DNA of 64,000 bases from Macrostomum lignano (lineage: Eukaryota): NCBI GenBank assembly GCA_002269645.1, contig NIVC01001660.1, forward strand, positions 62,001 through 126,000, written 5' to 3'. Each line of letters opens with the position of its first letter. The first letter of the stretch is position 1. Below, in pieces: positions 1 to 11,540 of this stretch. The translations under genes were made by a program, and so were the position numbers. The notes below the pieces were generated by a model, which saw only the letters and a list, made by a program, of their open reading frames with translations, had not been told where the DNA came from and searched no databases.

Positions 1-199
1 TGAGCTCCACTCCAAGCATCACCAGCTTGCTGAACAAGCACTGCAGCCTTGGAGGCAACGAGGCTGCCCCAGCTCCTCAGCAATGGCGCACCTCCAAGAT
101 TGTCTCCACCAGCCTCCACCAGCCTGGACAACCAGCGGGGCATCGCTCTGGAATGCACAACGCCGAAGCTGCTGACCGCAATTCTGCACATCCGCCTCC

Positions 200-1170
200 T
201 GCCCGGCCTCAACCCGCTGCTGCTGAGCCAACAAAGCGGCTTCCGTCCAGGCAGGTCCACCACCGAGCAGGTTGTCACCATCCGCTCTGTCATCGAGGCC
301 TGCAAGACTTGCCAGCGTTCCGTGTCAATAATCTTTGTCGACTTTCGCAAGGCGTTTACACGATGGGTGTCCAGGCCTGCAATCGGGTGGCTTCTATCTC
401 ACTATGAAGAAACTGCTGCGCTGGTGAGCGCGGTGATGGACCTCTACCGCGACTCCAGGGCCTTTGTCGATCATTTCGAGCGATGGCATCACAGAACAGT
501 TCGGCACCAGCTCAGGCGTCCTTCAGGGCGACACGCTGGCTCCCCTGCTTTCCTTCGTGGTTGTGGACTACATTTACGTGCTTCGTCGGTCCCTTCGCGA
601 GGATGACAGCTACTTGCTGGTCTCACGCCGAAGCTCCAGACGCCCTGCTGTTTTGCTTCCCGCTCTCCGTATGCTGCCCAGTGGGCTCTCACAAGGCTCT
701 GCGACGTGGGTGCCCGTGTTGGGCTGCTGGTGAATTCTCGCAAGACAAAGGTGCTGCACGTGGGCACGAATACCGCCCCAAACTCTCACGCTGCGGTATG
801 CGAGGACTTCCGGTACCTCGGCGCACTGGTGATGAACCTCGATGCGATTTTCTCTGACAGAAAGAACCAGGCCTGGCGCGCCGCGCACCTCCTCAGGAAC
901 ATCTTCGATTCAGCTGCCAGAGACGACCTGAAGGTCTGACCTGTTCTGTTCGGCCGTAGAGCCGATCCTCTTGCAGGGCATGGAGGCGGTGCGGCTGACC
1001 GTCACGCGAAGGCGAGCCCTGGACGCGCTCTACCGATCGCTGCTGCGCTACGCGCTGGGCGTGCACCACGCGGAGCGCCAGCCGACATGCGCTGGAGCAC
1101 CACCCTGAGCGCTATCCTGCGCCGGCGTCGTCAGATGCTCCTGGGCCACTGCCTACGGACCCTGGACCGC
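200..1170 (+). mobile_element. Degenerate non-LTR retrotransposon reverse transcriptase fragment
   Basis: RT motifs are spread over several frames: QQSGFRPGRSTTEQV, IIFVDFRKAF (49..606), GVLQGDTLAPLL (464..733), LLVNSRKTKVL and FRYLG (706..939). The YADD motif is missing and there are frameshifts. Confidence 0.85.
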
Positions 1171-1519
1171 GGTGTGCAACAGACAACAGAAAACAGGAAA
1201 CAGACAGCACAGGTAGCTCCGCACAGGCCAGCAGATCGAGTGCAAGTGCGGCAGAAGGAGAGCAAACCCAGAATAGAAGCCCTCGATCACAGAAAAGATC
1301 AATCCCGTCGGCTCAAGGTTGGTGTTATTTTTCAGCTCGCTTTTTTCTATTCTCTTCTTTCTCCCCACTCTCCTCAATCCCCTCTTCTCTTATCTTATCT
1401 TCTATCTTTTCTGTCATCTCTCGCCTCTCTTCTCTTCTGTCATCTCTTATCTTCTATTCCCTACCCTATCCACTCTCATCAGATCTGCAGCCATGAGCTG
1501 GATTCTTTATCTGGCCCAT

Positions 1520-1710
1520 GACGTAAAAAGCTTGCCTATCCTTGCTCCACTGGAGCTTGCGGGAACGCCATCGCCGCACAACCTCCAGTTAAAAGTGGGT
1601 GCACCAATTATACTACTTACTGCGCAATGTAAATGCCAAGCAACTCTTTTCGAATTGGATTGAGGCAAAAATCGTGACAGAATCTGGCAAAGGGAAATCT
1701 TTGTCTCTGA
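1520..1710 (+). mobile_element. Helitron PIF1-like helicase fragment
   Basis: Reads ELAGTPSPHNLQLKVGAPIILL, then after a frameshift LRNVNAKQ, then IEAKIVTESGKG. This matches the Helitron helicase segment PPHxLxLKVGxPIxLLRNL...IEAxIxTG. Confidence 0.75.
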
Positions 1711-1779
1711 CTTAGCTGAGCTGGTGGGTTGAAATGATCTGACGGAGTCGATGACTTGCAATAATTGCGCCTATTCTGA

Positions 1780-2030
1780 CTAATGAAGCTTCTGTTGAAT
1801 GTAACTATGCTGTTCCATCCTTGGAGTCACAAAGTAATCATTTTGGATCTTTTCTATAACGCCATCGGTGCCACATTGAGAGTGTTTGAGTTGATAGAGC
1901 GGATCACAAATAGCAATCACAAATGTTTAAGAATCCTCTCGAATCCTTGATCAGGAGATTAAAAAGCTATTTTTACTGGAAAGGTTTTAACGGGAAAATA
2001 CATAAAGTACCTCCAGTTTTCCCTAGTCTT
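1780..2030. mobile_element. Possible LTR-retrotransposon integrase zinc-binding fragments
   Basis: Plus strand IRRLKSYFYWKGFNGKIHKV and minus strand YQLKHSQCGTDGVIEKIQNDYFVTPRM loosely resemble the H2C2 integrase N-terminal region. Both are short and degenerate. Confidence 0.3.
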
Positions 2031-2721
2031 TTGACTTATCCAGCTATTTTTATTGAAAACGAAACGCAAGCAGGTGTTTTACAAGCAAATCGACTGTTTG
2101 CTAAAGCTTATACAGTTACAGCACGCTGAAACATGAGCGCTAAATTTTTTTTGGTGCGCAAACAAGAAGCTGTCACACCAGCCTTTATCATCGCTTTTAT
2201 ACTGTGCATGAATGGCGTGAAGGTGTAAAAAAGCCGGATGGTGAGCTCACACGTGGCCTTGAATTTGTACAGGCAAAGCTTAAACTGTGTGATGCCGCGT
2301 GCGTGACTATAACAGCTTAGTTGTTCAATCATTCTCTGGATCGCATAACACGTGTGTAGGGAGACACAGTTTGTCGAAAAGCGAAAACGCAACACCGGGC
2401 TTCCGGCAAACACACGCGCGACACGCAATATTGTAAGGCAGCTGATAAAATGGACACAACTGAGAATACAGAGACACGTGAATTGCATTAATAATTCAAG
2501 ACCAGCCACTCGAAATTCTAAGCATCCAGCAGTGTCTTTCACAGGACAAGGACAAAACACCCGGTAAAATGAAGATGAGTTTGCAGCCCACTGATCTGCC
2601 TTAATATTGCTCTTGCCGGCAGAGGCGTTACATTGCATGGTTTCATCTCAGGCTCGTAGGTTTGTAAACAAAAAATGGTAAAACGATATCTACGTGTAAG
2701 GGGTCTCTCTAGTGGTTGCTT

Positions 2722-2925
2722 TCACAAAGGCGAAATTTCACAACCGCTAATCACCTTCTTTCATAAACGCGAAATTTCATAACCGCGAAACTTCACAACC
2801 GCTAAATCACCTACTTTCATAAGCACTAAACTTCACAAACGCGAAATTTCACAACCGCTAAAAAGACTGCCGTAAATGAAAGTAAGTGCAAAAATTTTAG
2901 CGGTTGTGAAATTTCACGCTTGTGA
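2722..2925. repeat. Sub-repeat cluster ending in a 21-bp inverted repeat (MITE-like remnant)
   Basis: Several copies of gaaatttcacaaccgctaa. Arm 2843-2863 is the exact reverse complement of 2895-2915. Confidence 0.6.
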
Positions 2926-4321
2926 AACCCATACCTCTCTAGGACTTGACTTGAGACGGTGCTGCTGGTACGTGCGAGCGTAATCATATTGGCTTCTAGT
3001 TTTTAAAGCAACCACGAGATTCGAATAATGAAAAAAAAAACTGAAACCCTGGTTCTCTCCATGGATCGATCCGCCCTTAGTCTTGTTGGATTTTAAATTG
3101 ACTTCTTCCCTTGTTGGATCCGGACTTCCACAAATAGGCGCTGAAGCGTGGCGACTGTCCATCATGAACTGCTGTGGGCTTCATATCGGAGTTGCCTGGA
3201 TGCTTGGATCGTGCGACTAAATTATCTTAGGGAGCTCAGGGAGCGTAATCTGGGATCCAGGCTCACTCACCATGTCTCTGTCCTCAACGATATTGTATGT
3301 ACTTTCACCGCGCCATCTGATGACTTTTTTCACCTCTGAAGTCAACCTCCGAGCGTAGATACGATTGGTGCAGGGAAAAAGACATTAAGTATGACCTTGC
3401 CCTCCCTTCTGCTGTGGAAGTGTTGCTGACGATACTGAGACTGCGTACTTCTCATGATTCCTTTCCAGTGCCAAACAGACAAAATGCTGACTCCAGACAT
3501 CGTCGAGTCTTGGGTGTTGGAATATTCTCTAGGCAATATTTCTCTGAAAGCGTTCTCCAACGATACGATCAAGGGTGTGGTCATGCTAGCTAGGCCCTCT
3601 CGGTGAGTAGCCTAGGTGATTCACTCCACTCATTCATGCAGCAGCGAAAGAATGTCAATAGCAGATCAAAAGCAATATAGCAAAGAAGCAAGTGGGGTTT
3701 ATTCGAGATGCCTGGATATTGATATGTGTAATATATTTCGGCTAAAGTAAAAGGAACTATTGACAGAAGCATCATTGCTCCTCAGTTGCTTTACTGATTG
3801 ATTAAGCATCTCATCGATCAATACTTTCCCAAAGTTTCATCCAACAAGCAAGGAAAGTTTTCAAGGGGATTGATTGATTTTCAAATCTATGGAAATTTTT
3901 CCCAACGAAATGTCCTGTTGCTAAAACAATCCGATATTGGTGAACTGAAGCAAATCAATTGAAGGCTCAATTAGACATAAAACTGTAACAATGGCGTGTG
4001 AAAGATCAAATGAATGGCACATATCAGTTCTATCATAAAATCTTTCGGTGAAAATACTCAAAAGATTAAACGGATTCTAATCGGCCTTGCAAGCGTGAAG
4101 AGAGAACTGGATGCATCGTTAAAAAACCAAGAAAAAAGTTCGCGAAAACCAATGGGAACACCTCACAGCTGCGGAATAGGCTATTCAGCACACACCTAAC
4201 CTTGAGATTTTTGGGTATAAATAGAAGCTCAAACCAATCATGCACTCGACTGCTGAAGCATCGAATTCATGCTTCATTCTTGCTGAAGCAACACTAAGAT
4301 TGCTTTGTTCAAACCGAGCAG

Positions 4322-5398
4322 ATGAACGAAACAAACTCTAGCAATCCTCAGGAGCCCTGGTTCCACGACCCCACCTGGAACTGGTTCATCTGGAACGTCT
4401 TCGTCTGGCTCTTTCCGCTGCTCTGTCTGGTCGGAGCGGTCGCGAACGCCGTCTCCTTCTACGTGATCGTGTCCAACAGGAAGTCATTTCCCTACGTCAC
4501 CAGGCAGTACCTCACCATCATCACTGCCAGTGACTTTCTCATTCTCACGTGCAAGGTGAGCACTCACTACTTTGGCTACATGGCATTCTACGTGAAGACG
4601 AACAAGTGGACCTGGTTCACTAATCCGAGAGGTTGGGGAATCGCTTGGTGCATTGTGTACGACTTCTTTACATACTATGGGCTGGTAGGATCTCAGTTTT
4701 TTCAACTAGGTCTCACGGTAGATCGGCTGATTGCGGTAGCGGCTCCGATGAAGGCCAAGGTGATTCTGACACATCGGAGAAGCTGGGTAATGCTGAGCCT
4801 CATCACTGCAATGGCGCTGCTACTGCCGATCATGTTCGTCGCGAATCGGACGTGGAACGACGCCACTAACAACTGTGGATTACGAAGTGTCAACTATCTA
4901 GTAAACGTGTACCAGCCGGCCGAGTTCTACTTCGGCAGGGTGTTCCTCGTTCTGGCGCTGACGTCGGGCACGGTGGTCATCTGCGTGCTGCTGGCCTGGA
5001 ACAACAGGACCGCTCGGCGAATGCACTCCGACACGGCCGGCTCTGAGCAGCAGCAGCGAAGCAACCGAGAGCGACAGAGGTCGCTTGTTCGGATCAGCCT
5101 CATGCTGGTCTTCATCAACGTCTTCTTTCTGATCACGTCTCTGCCGTGGAGCATCGGCGCTCTGCTCGAAGACCAGCTGGTTAATGAACTTGGAGTCAAC
5201 CCTTTCATATTGATGATGCGGCACTTCAACTCGCTGCTGTACGCGAACAACGCTCTGTCCTGGGTGACGTACTTGATGGGACGGAACTTCCGAGAGGCTT
5301 TTTGCCGAGTGTGGCTGTCCCTGTGCTGCTGCTGCTGCGCCTCCTGCCGTCGTCGACTGGACGCTTCGGGCAGCAGCTCGACGGCGAGCACTCGATAG
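4322..5398 (+). CDS. Rhodopsin-like (class A) orphan GPCR, intronless, 358 aa
   Basis: Seven hydrophobic segments; TM1 GAVAN; TM2 ASD; TM3 end LTVDRLIAVAAP (DRY variant); TM6 LPW; helix 8 RNFREAF; C-terminal Cys cluster. Confidence 0.9.
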   Translation: MNETNSSNPQEPWFHDPTWNWFIWNVFVWLFPLLCLVGAVANAVSFYVIVSNRKSFPYVTRQYLTIITASDFLILTCKVSTHYFGYMAFYVKTNKWTWFTNPRGWGIAWCIVYDFFTYYGLVGSQFFQLGLTVDRLIAVAAPMKAKVILTHRRSWVMLSLITAMALLLPIMFVANRTWNDATNNCGLRSVNYLVNVYQPAEFYFGRVFLVLALTSGTVVICVLLAWNNRTARRMHSDTAGSEQQQRSNRERQRSLVRISLMLVFINVFFLITSLPWSIGALLEDQLVNELGVNPFILMMRHFNSLLYANNALSWVTYLMGRNFREAFCRVWLSLCCCCCASCRRRLDASGSSSTASTR

Positions 5399-8322
5399 AG
5401 CGTGCGCTAGGACTGATCGACTGGGCTGAGCTGATGGATTGAAAGATCTTATAGACTCAGTGATTTGCGATGCGCATCTATTTTATTCTGACTAATGTGG
5501 CTGCAGTCATCTAGAGGATAATTCGAACTTTAAAAAACTATAGAATAATTCGTTCAAATTCTTATTGAAGTAAAGCAATGAGGCTGAAAGTTTTGATTAT
5601 TGTGGCTTAGTTAATTAACTTAATATTTATCATAATGCAAAAAACTAAGTCTGGACAAATATGTCTTATAGAAATGTTGAGAATAAACTTATTCTCATAA
5701 TAAAATAATAAAATTATTGATCCGTTTTATTCAGACTATGAAGCTCCTATCTGGTTTGATTGAAATATGGCTAAGTAGCTACTAGCTAGTCTTTTTTGCA
5801 AGCTAACCTACATCAAGCTAACAACTTGTATTGATTTCTCAATACTGGGAATTAACGAGGATGCAATGCGAGCTCTACTTATCCTGTAGCTTCGTTTTAT
5901 TTACACTTTCCTTTGCTGGGTTTCCACTGGGCTTACTCTACTCCAGGAGTGCATGCTCACAGTTTTACTTTAGGTCAAGCATATACCCGAACTGTTTTCC
6001 TCTGAAAGCCAAAAGTCTGATTGATCAGGAACAATCAGATTACTGTCTTGTAGTCGTTGCAAGTAGAAAGCGACACAAAATCAAGACTGAACAAGCTCTT
6101 TTCTGGTGTTACATGAGTGTACGTTCTTGGAGGATCACAAACACCTTCTATCAATAATCGAAGCGACATCTTCATTCATCTTACGCTCGTAAAACACGCA
6201 ATATTACGATATATTTTGTTTAAAATGTTTTACACGCTGTTATCTGACAAGGTATGGTATAACTATAGGTACATTCAGTCCTGTTGGTCGTTGCTTGAAA
6301 GCTTAAGCCGAAGACTAAAATAAACTGAACTGTAGCCCCCATGCGACGTCAGCCGATCTTGCATTATTAAAAATAATTTCTAACATCAGCACGATTAATT
6401 CGCTGCTTCAAAATAAGCGATAGCTACTACGAGCTTAGGAAGAAAATTTGTTTGAGCCAATCTTGTTTACTCAGCCTGTATGTATAGCTTTCGCGGAAGC
6501 AATTTTTGGCAGAGAATAATCACCCGTCAGTCCTGTGCGGTGTTCGAAGTTATTTTTTACAAGCTGCAGCCCTATATTCAGATGTAGTCAATCCGAAGTC
6601 AGAGTCGGCCTTTTTATTTGTTATTGCAGAATACTCGCTGCAATTCTTGTTACTCGTATACTTTTAAAGAAATGAGAAGCAGATTTGAGTGTCATTCCAC
6701 ATTGCAGATACGATACTGATTACATTTCTCAGCAGAGCATATGAAAGCAACAGATGAAGAAGAAAAGCAGCAGTGCTTAAGGAGTCTGCAAGTGTCCTCG
6801 ACCGTTTTTTTTATTATGCCAGCCTCCTTGCAGCTGTTGCAACTTTTAGAGCGAATGCATATTGTGTTATTGGTTGGCAGTCATGATTCTTCTTTGACTT
6901 CATCTAGGTTCTGAAGTGACGAAAAAATTGACGCACTCTTAGAGAACCGTGTGGCATACTATAGTCTCGTATATTAGTTTTTGGGTCGTCGTCTGACATG
7001 GGCTGGAGGGTAGAGGACAAAATGGTGCACCTTTTGCATCAACGAAATATATGAAAAAATTACTTTAAAGCTTCTATCGTCCTACTGATAGTAGAGTAAT
7101 TGGCGAGCTTACTGTTGGACTGGTCCTTATGCAACAACAAGTGCCATGGAAGTCCTCAACAAGTATTATCTGCGTAGTAGCATGCACAGGTCCGATTAAA
7201 TTTTTAGCATAAATAAAAAGATGCATGCTGAGCTGGCTCGGGGTTTATTTAAAGGCAAATAAAATGAAAATAGAAAAAATAATGATTTACTTATAAAAAT
7301 CAACATCATCATCACTCTTTTTGTAAAGATTTTTGCATTCCATCTGCACCCGCAGGAACTCCCAAATTACGGATATAATTACACGCTGCCTATAGTATTA
7401 TATAGTGTATAAGCTTGTCCCATAGATTTGCAATCTTATATTAATAATTAATATTTGGCTAGTGCGCAAGAACCGGTAGACAACAAGGACTCCTTGGAAG
7501 GCGCGCGTGACTTCCTGTTGTCAGATGAGGCTCAAGACAATCCGGCACACGTTGGACTGAGGTTTTAGCTCAGCCTGCGAGGACACGTACACGCTGCACG
7601 CAGACAAGACAAAAAGTACAAAGAAAGCAGAGACCAAGCAGGAGGCGACACAGGCCGGTAGAATTCCGCGTTAGCGAATGAGAAGCGCTCTTGCTGCTTT
7701 TTAAAGACTGCTTGCTTGTAGCCTTGAAAAACGCTTCTGAACGTCATTTAGACGTTGAGCCGCGCGTTCAGTATTCGTTGTCCATCCGTTCTGGTTGAAT
7801 TCAGTTCCTTGTTGGCTTCTAATATCAGGTAAGTCCGCTATTCTACGTATATTTCTTACATTGGAGTTGACTACTACACAAACTAGGGCGGCAATTCTCT
7901 CTTTTAACGCCACAGCTCTAATTTAATTCACCAAAATATTTTTAGTTCTTTAGTACGAGGGTACCAATGAACTTCATAACCGTTATTGGTCGTTTTATTT
8001 CTTATTTTCATGCACTTTCGACGTACAAGCACATCTTCCTGACAACTGGACTGTATTTTTGGCAGACCACATTTTTAGAAAACAAATACAATAATGGCAG
8101 TAATATAACCATAAAGTTTGTCTATTCATTATATATAGGATGGTACACGTAATACTGCATTCGCGATGAATTTATTCACATTTACTGCGTATATTGCCTT
8201 GCAGAAGAAACTTCAGTGGAAAGAGTCTCAAATAAATAAAATTTAGCTTGTAGCTACTTTATACGTGTGGCTGAAGGCTACCGAATAAGAAGCACAAGCA
8301 CCTAGAGTTTTCAGCCGGAAGA

Positions 8323-9438
8323 ATGAATAACACAACAGCTGCTGGCCTAGAGAGCGAAAGAAATACAACCAGCGACTTTGGCGATCCTATATGGAACCAG
8401 TTTGCCTGGGCCGTCTTCATATGGCTGTTTCCGCCGCTCTGTCTGGTTGGAACAATCGCCAACGCCGTCTCCTTCTACGTGATCGTGTCCAACAGGAAGT
8501 CGTTTCCCTATGTCACCCGGCAGTACCTCAGCATCATCACTGCCAGCGACTTTCTCATACTCACGTGCAAAGCGAGTACACATTATCTGATCTATATCAA
8601 AAGCGTATCGGACTCCAACACTATCTTTCTGTCACCGAGAGCCTGGGGACTCACCTGGTGCATTGTTTACGACTTCTTTACCTACTATGCGCTGGTGGGA
8701 TCCCAGTTCTTCCAGCTGGGCCTCACGGTGGATCGCCTAATAGCCGTAGCCGCTCCGATGAAGGCCAAGGTGATTCTGACGCATCGAAGAAGCTGGGTGC
8801 TGTTAGGCCTCATCACTACGATGTCGCTGCTACTGCCAGTCATGTTCGTCGCGAACCGAACGTGGCATAACGGCAATTGTGTGTTCCGCAGCCAACAGTA
8901 CTTCGAAATTGTGTACAAGTCGGTAGAGTTCTACTTTGGCAGGGTGTTCCTGGTCTCCGCTTTAACCTCTGGCACAGTGGCCATCTGCCTGCTGCTGGCC
9001 TGGAACAACAGGACCGCTAGGAGGTTGGACATCGAGGTGAATGCCACTGAATCGCAACAGCTGCGTCACAAATATCTGGTCCGCATCAGCCTGATGCTGG
9101 TCTTTATAAATTTAATCTTTCTGGCAACAGCCCTGCCATGGACCATTTCAATTCTAACGGAGGACCAGTTGACAATAGTAATGGGCCAGGATTTTTACTA
9201 TCGAATGCTCCGCCATTTCAACTCGATCCTGTACGTAAACAACGCAGTAAGTTGGATTGCCTATTTCATGGGCCGCAATTTTCGCGAGGCCTTCTGCCGC
9301 TCTTTGCGAACAGAGCAGCTGCGCCGCCGCTGGCAACAAAGGAGCGGTCAAAGGCCGTCCGGCCTGGCGCCGCAAGCAAGGGCCGCCGAGATCGAGGACT
9401 TGCAGGTGGAAACGACGCGGTTTTTAGCGGAACCATAG
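8323..9438 (+). CDS. Rhodopsin-like orphan GPCR, tandem paralogue, 371 aa
   Basis: Same architecture as 4322..5398, with long identical stretches (NAVSFYVIVSNRKSFPYVTRQYL; GSQFFQLGLTVDRLIAVAAPMKAKVILTHRRSWV). The C-terminus differs. Confidence 0.9.
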   Translation: MNNTTAAGLESERNTTSDFGDPIWNQFAWAVFIWLFPPLCLVGTIANAVSFYVIVSNRKSFPYVTRQYLSIITASDFLILTCKASTHYLIYIKSVSDSNTIFLSPRAWGLTWCIVYDFFTYYALVGSQFFQLGLTVDRLIAVAAPMKAKVILTHRRSWVLLGLITTMSLLLPVMFVANRTWHNGNCVFRSQQYFEIVYKSVEFYFGRVFLVSALTSGTVAICLLLAWNNRTARRLDIEVNATESQQLRHKYLVRISLMLVFINLIFLATALPWTISILTEDQLTIVMGQDFYYRMLRHFNSILYVNNAVSWIAYFMGRNFREAFCRSLRTEQLRRRWQQRSGQRPSGLAPQARAAEIEDLQVETTRFLAEP

Positions 9439-11402
9439 ATCGCTGTTTTATCCAGCCTTCTGTGCTGTCAAGTGGAGAGGAAAATCCAAGCCTGGCAAGA
9501 TGGATACAAGGGAAAGGGAGTCCACAGGCAGAGGAGACTCACTGATTCTTCAAGTCAAAGACAGGAGATACCTCCCGAAAGAAAGCGGAAATATAGCAAG
9601 AGCATAGCACGAGCCAGTTAGGGGTTCACTTAATCTTCACTGGCCCGATAAGTTGAGCTGAGAAAGCAACTCAAAATGACACATGTTTCATATATGGACC
9701 CAGTGTATTATGACGACAGAATGTGACTTTAGTATCAGACTATCACATTACCTCTCCTTCCTTAGGTTTTGCTCCAAGCCATTTCGTTACTGGTGGAAAG
9801 CAGACGATTATCATTTTCTTTTTACCGTTGAAACAACATAAAATTCGTGAATATTTTTCGACCTTTATTTCATTGATTCGAGTGATTATCGCTGTCGTGG
9901 CGCTGTTAAATATGAAGCAGATTTTTGCCACTATGCTAAAATTTTGAGTTGTTGACCTACCTAGGCATCTAGGTAGACAGGAATTTGGTTTAATTTCCTA
10001 AAAACGGCTCAAACCATTTCATGAAATTAACTTGCACCGTACGATCAAATTTTTTCTGGTGACGGTACACGTGTTGTGGCTAAAAAATTGTCAATACTAG
10101 TGACAAAATATAAAAAACATGTTTTTTTGCAAAGGTCAAGCGATGTCAAGACTCCTGAGGGGATTGCTGAAATGCTGTGATTGCCTAAATTTATTTGGGA
10201 AATTGCTGAGATTATCAAAGACTCACGAGGAGAGTTGCTGAGATGTCAAGGCTTATGGGGGGATTTGCTGAAATGCGGTGGCTCATGGGGTTGTTAAGAA
10301 GCCAAGGGTTTACTGGGAGTTGTTGGTAGATCAAGCATCAAAGGGAGAGTTAGGGTTAGGCCATGGCTTAAAGGGAAGCTTTGATGCCAAAAGCTCACAG
10401 GGGATGCTGGTATCTTAGGTATCTTATAGATGGCTTTCAGGGCGTTGAGCATTAGACATCATTTTCCTTAAGAGACTAACAATAGTGACTGCTGAAGGTC
10501 AAAAGCTACATGCACCTGATGGTTAATTCTAAAATTTTTGTTTATTTCTTTGTTGCCCCAGCCCCAGACCGAAGACATTTCAATTATAATAAACGTGAGT
10601 CATCCTGTTTGCTTCAGTTTTTTCGTTTTCATTGCGTTTCAATTATTATTATTATTAGTAGACTGCACAAGCCGATAGTTTGCCTATCGGTTATTTGAGC
10701 CGCATGCCGGAAGAAGAAAAAGATAAATTACGACGAGTAAGACTTGTAGGAGAGCATTGACTGTAAGAAAGAAAACATGGTTAGCTTAACTAGATAATTC
10801 TATTCAAAATAGAAGACCTACGAGCTATAAGCAACCTAAGGGCTATAAAGCATTCTTAGCCCGGACATTTGGAGGAACAAAAAACCAACATCTTTTTCAA
10901 AAGTACAGACACGCTCAATGACTTCAGATTGACAATCTATAAATACGAAGAATATTGATCGACCATTATATAGGGCCCCGATACAAACACGAATAAACCT
11001 ATTTTTCCACTTCAAATTTAAAATGCTTTACGAGAACGTGAGATTAGTGCATTGACATTGAACCCCCGCCCGAGTCCAACGAGTAGACTCTTGTGTGGCC
11101 TAAAAGCAAGGAAATTTTTGTTTTTTGTTGTAGAAAAAGAAATTTCAAAAGAAGCAAACAGGAGGGGAGAGGGGCGGCGGCGGCGTTTCAAAGCAGCCGG
11201 AAAGAAGGATTAGACGACATGGCCGCATTTACTACCAAGCCAGAAAAAGCAGCAAGCTATAATTCCGGCAATAAATTGTTTGCGAACAACCGGATTTGAG
11301 AATTGTAGAGTGTTCTACCTTTCGCAAAAAGAAGTAAAACTGTTTATCATAGAATGCTACTGTAAGTAAGCTAGTGCACACATGCGTACCTAAACCTTAA
11401 CG

Positions 11403-11540
11403 ATGAATCATGTTACTATTTATAGCAGCAAAATGAATCACTTTCTAATAATAGCCGCAATGAGTCATGTTACCAATTATAGCGCAACCCATGAGTCATG
11501 TTACTATTTTTGGCCTGCGAAATCGTCTATAAATACAAGC
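11403..11540 (+). promoter_or_regulatory. Four AP-1-like sites followed by a TATA box (possible LTR U3 or inducible promoter)
   Basis: TGAATCA at 11404 and 11434, TGAGTCA at 11461 and 11492, in ~30-bp degenerate repeats; TATAAATA at 11528-11535. Confidence 0.4.

Noticed and set aside
7565-7913. Possible transposase C-terminal fragment (TNTERAAQRLNDV)
   Set aside because: Too short and not confidently assignable; no TIRs found.
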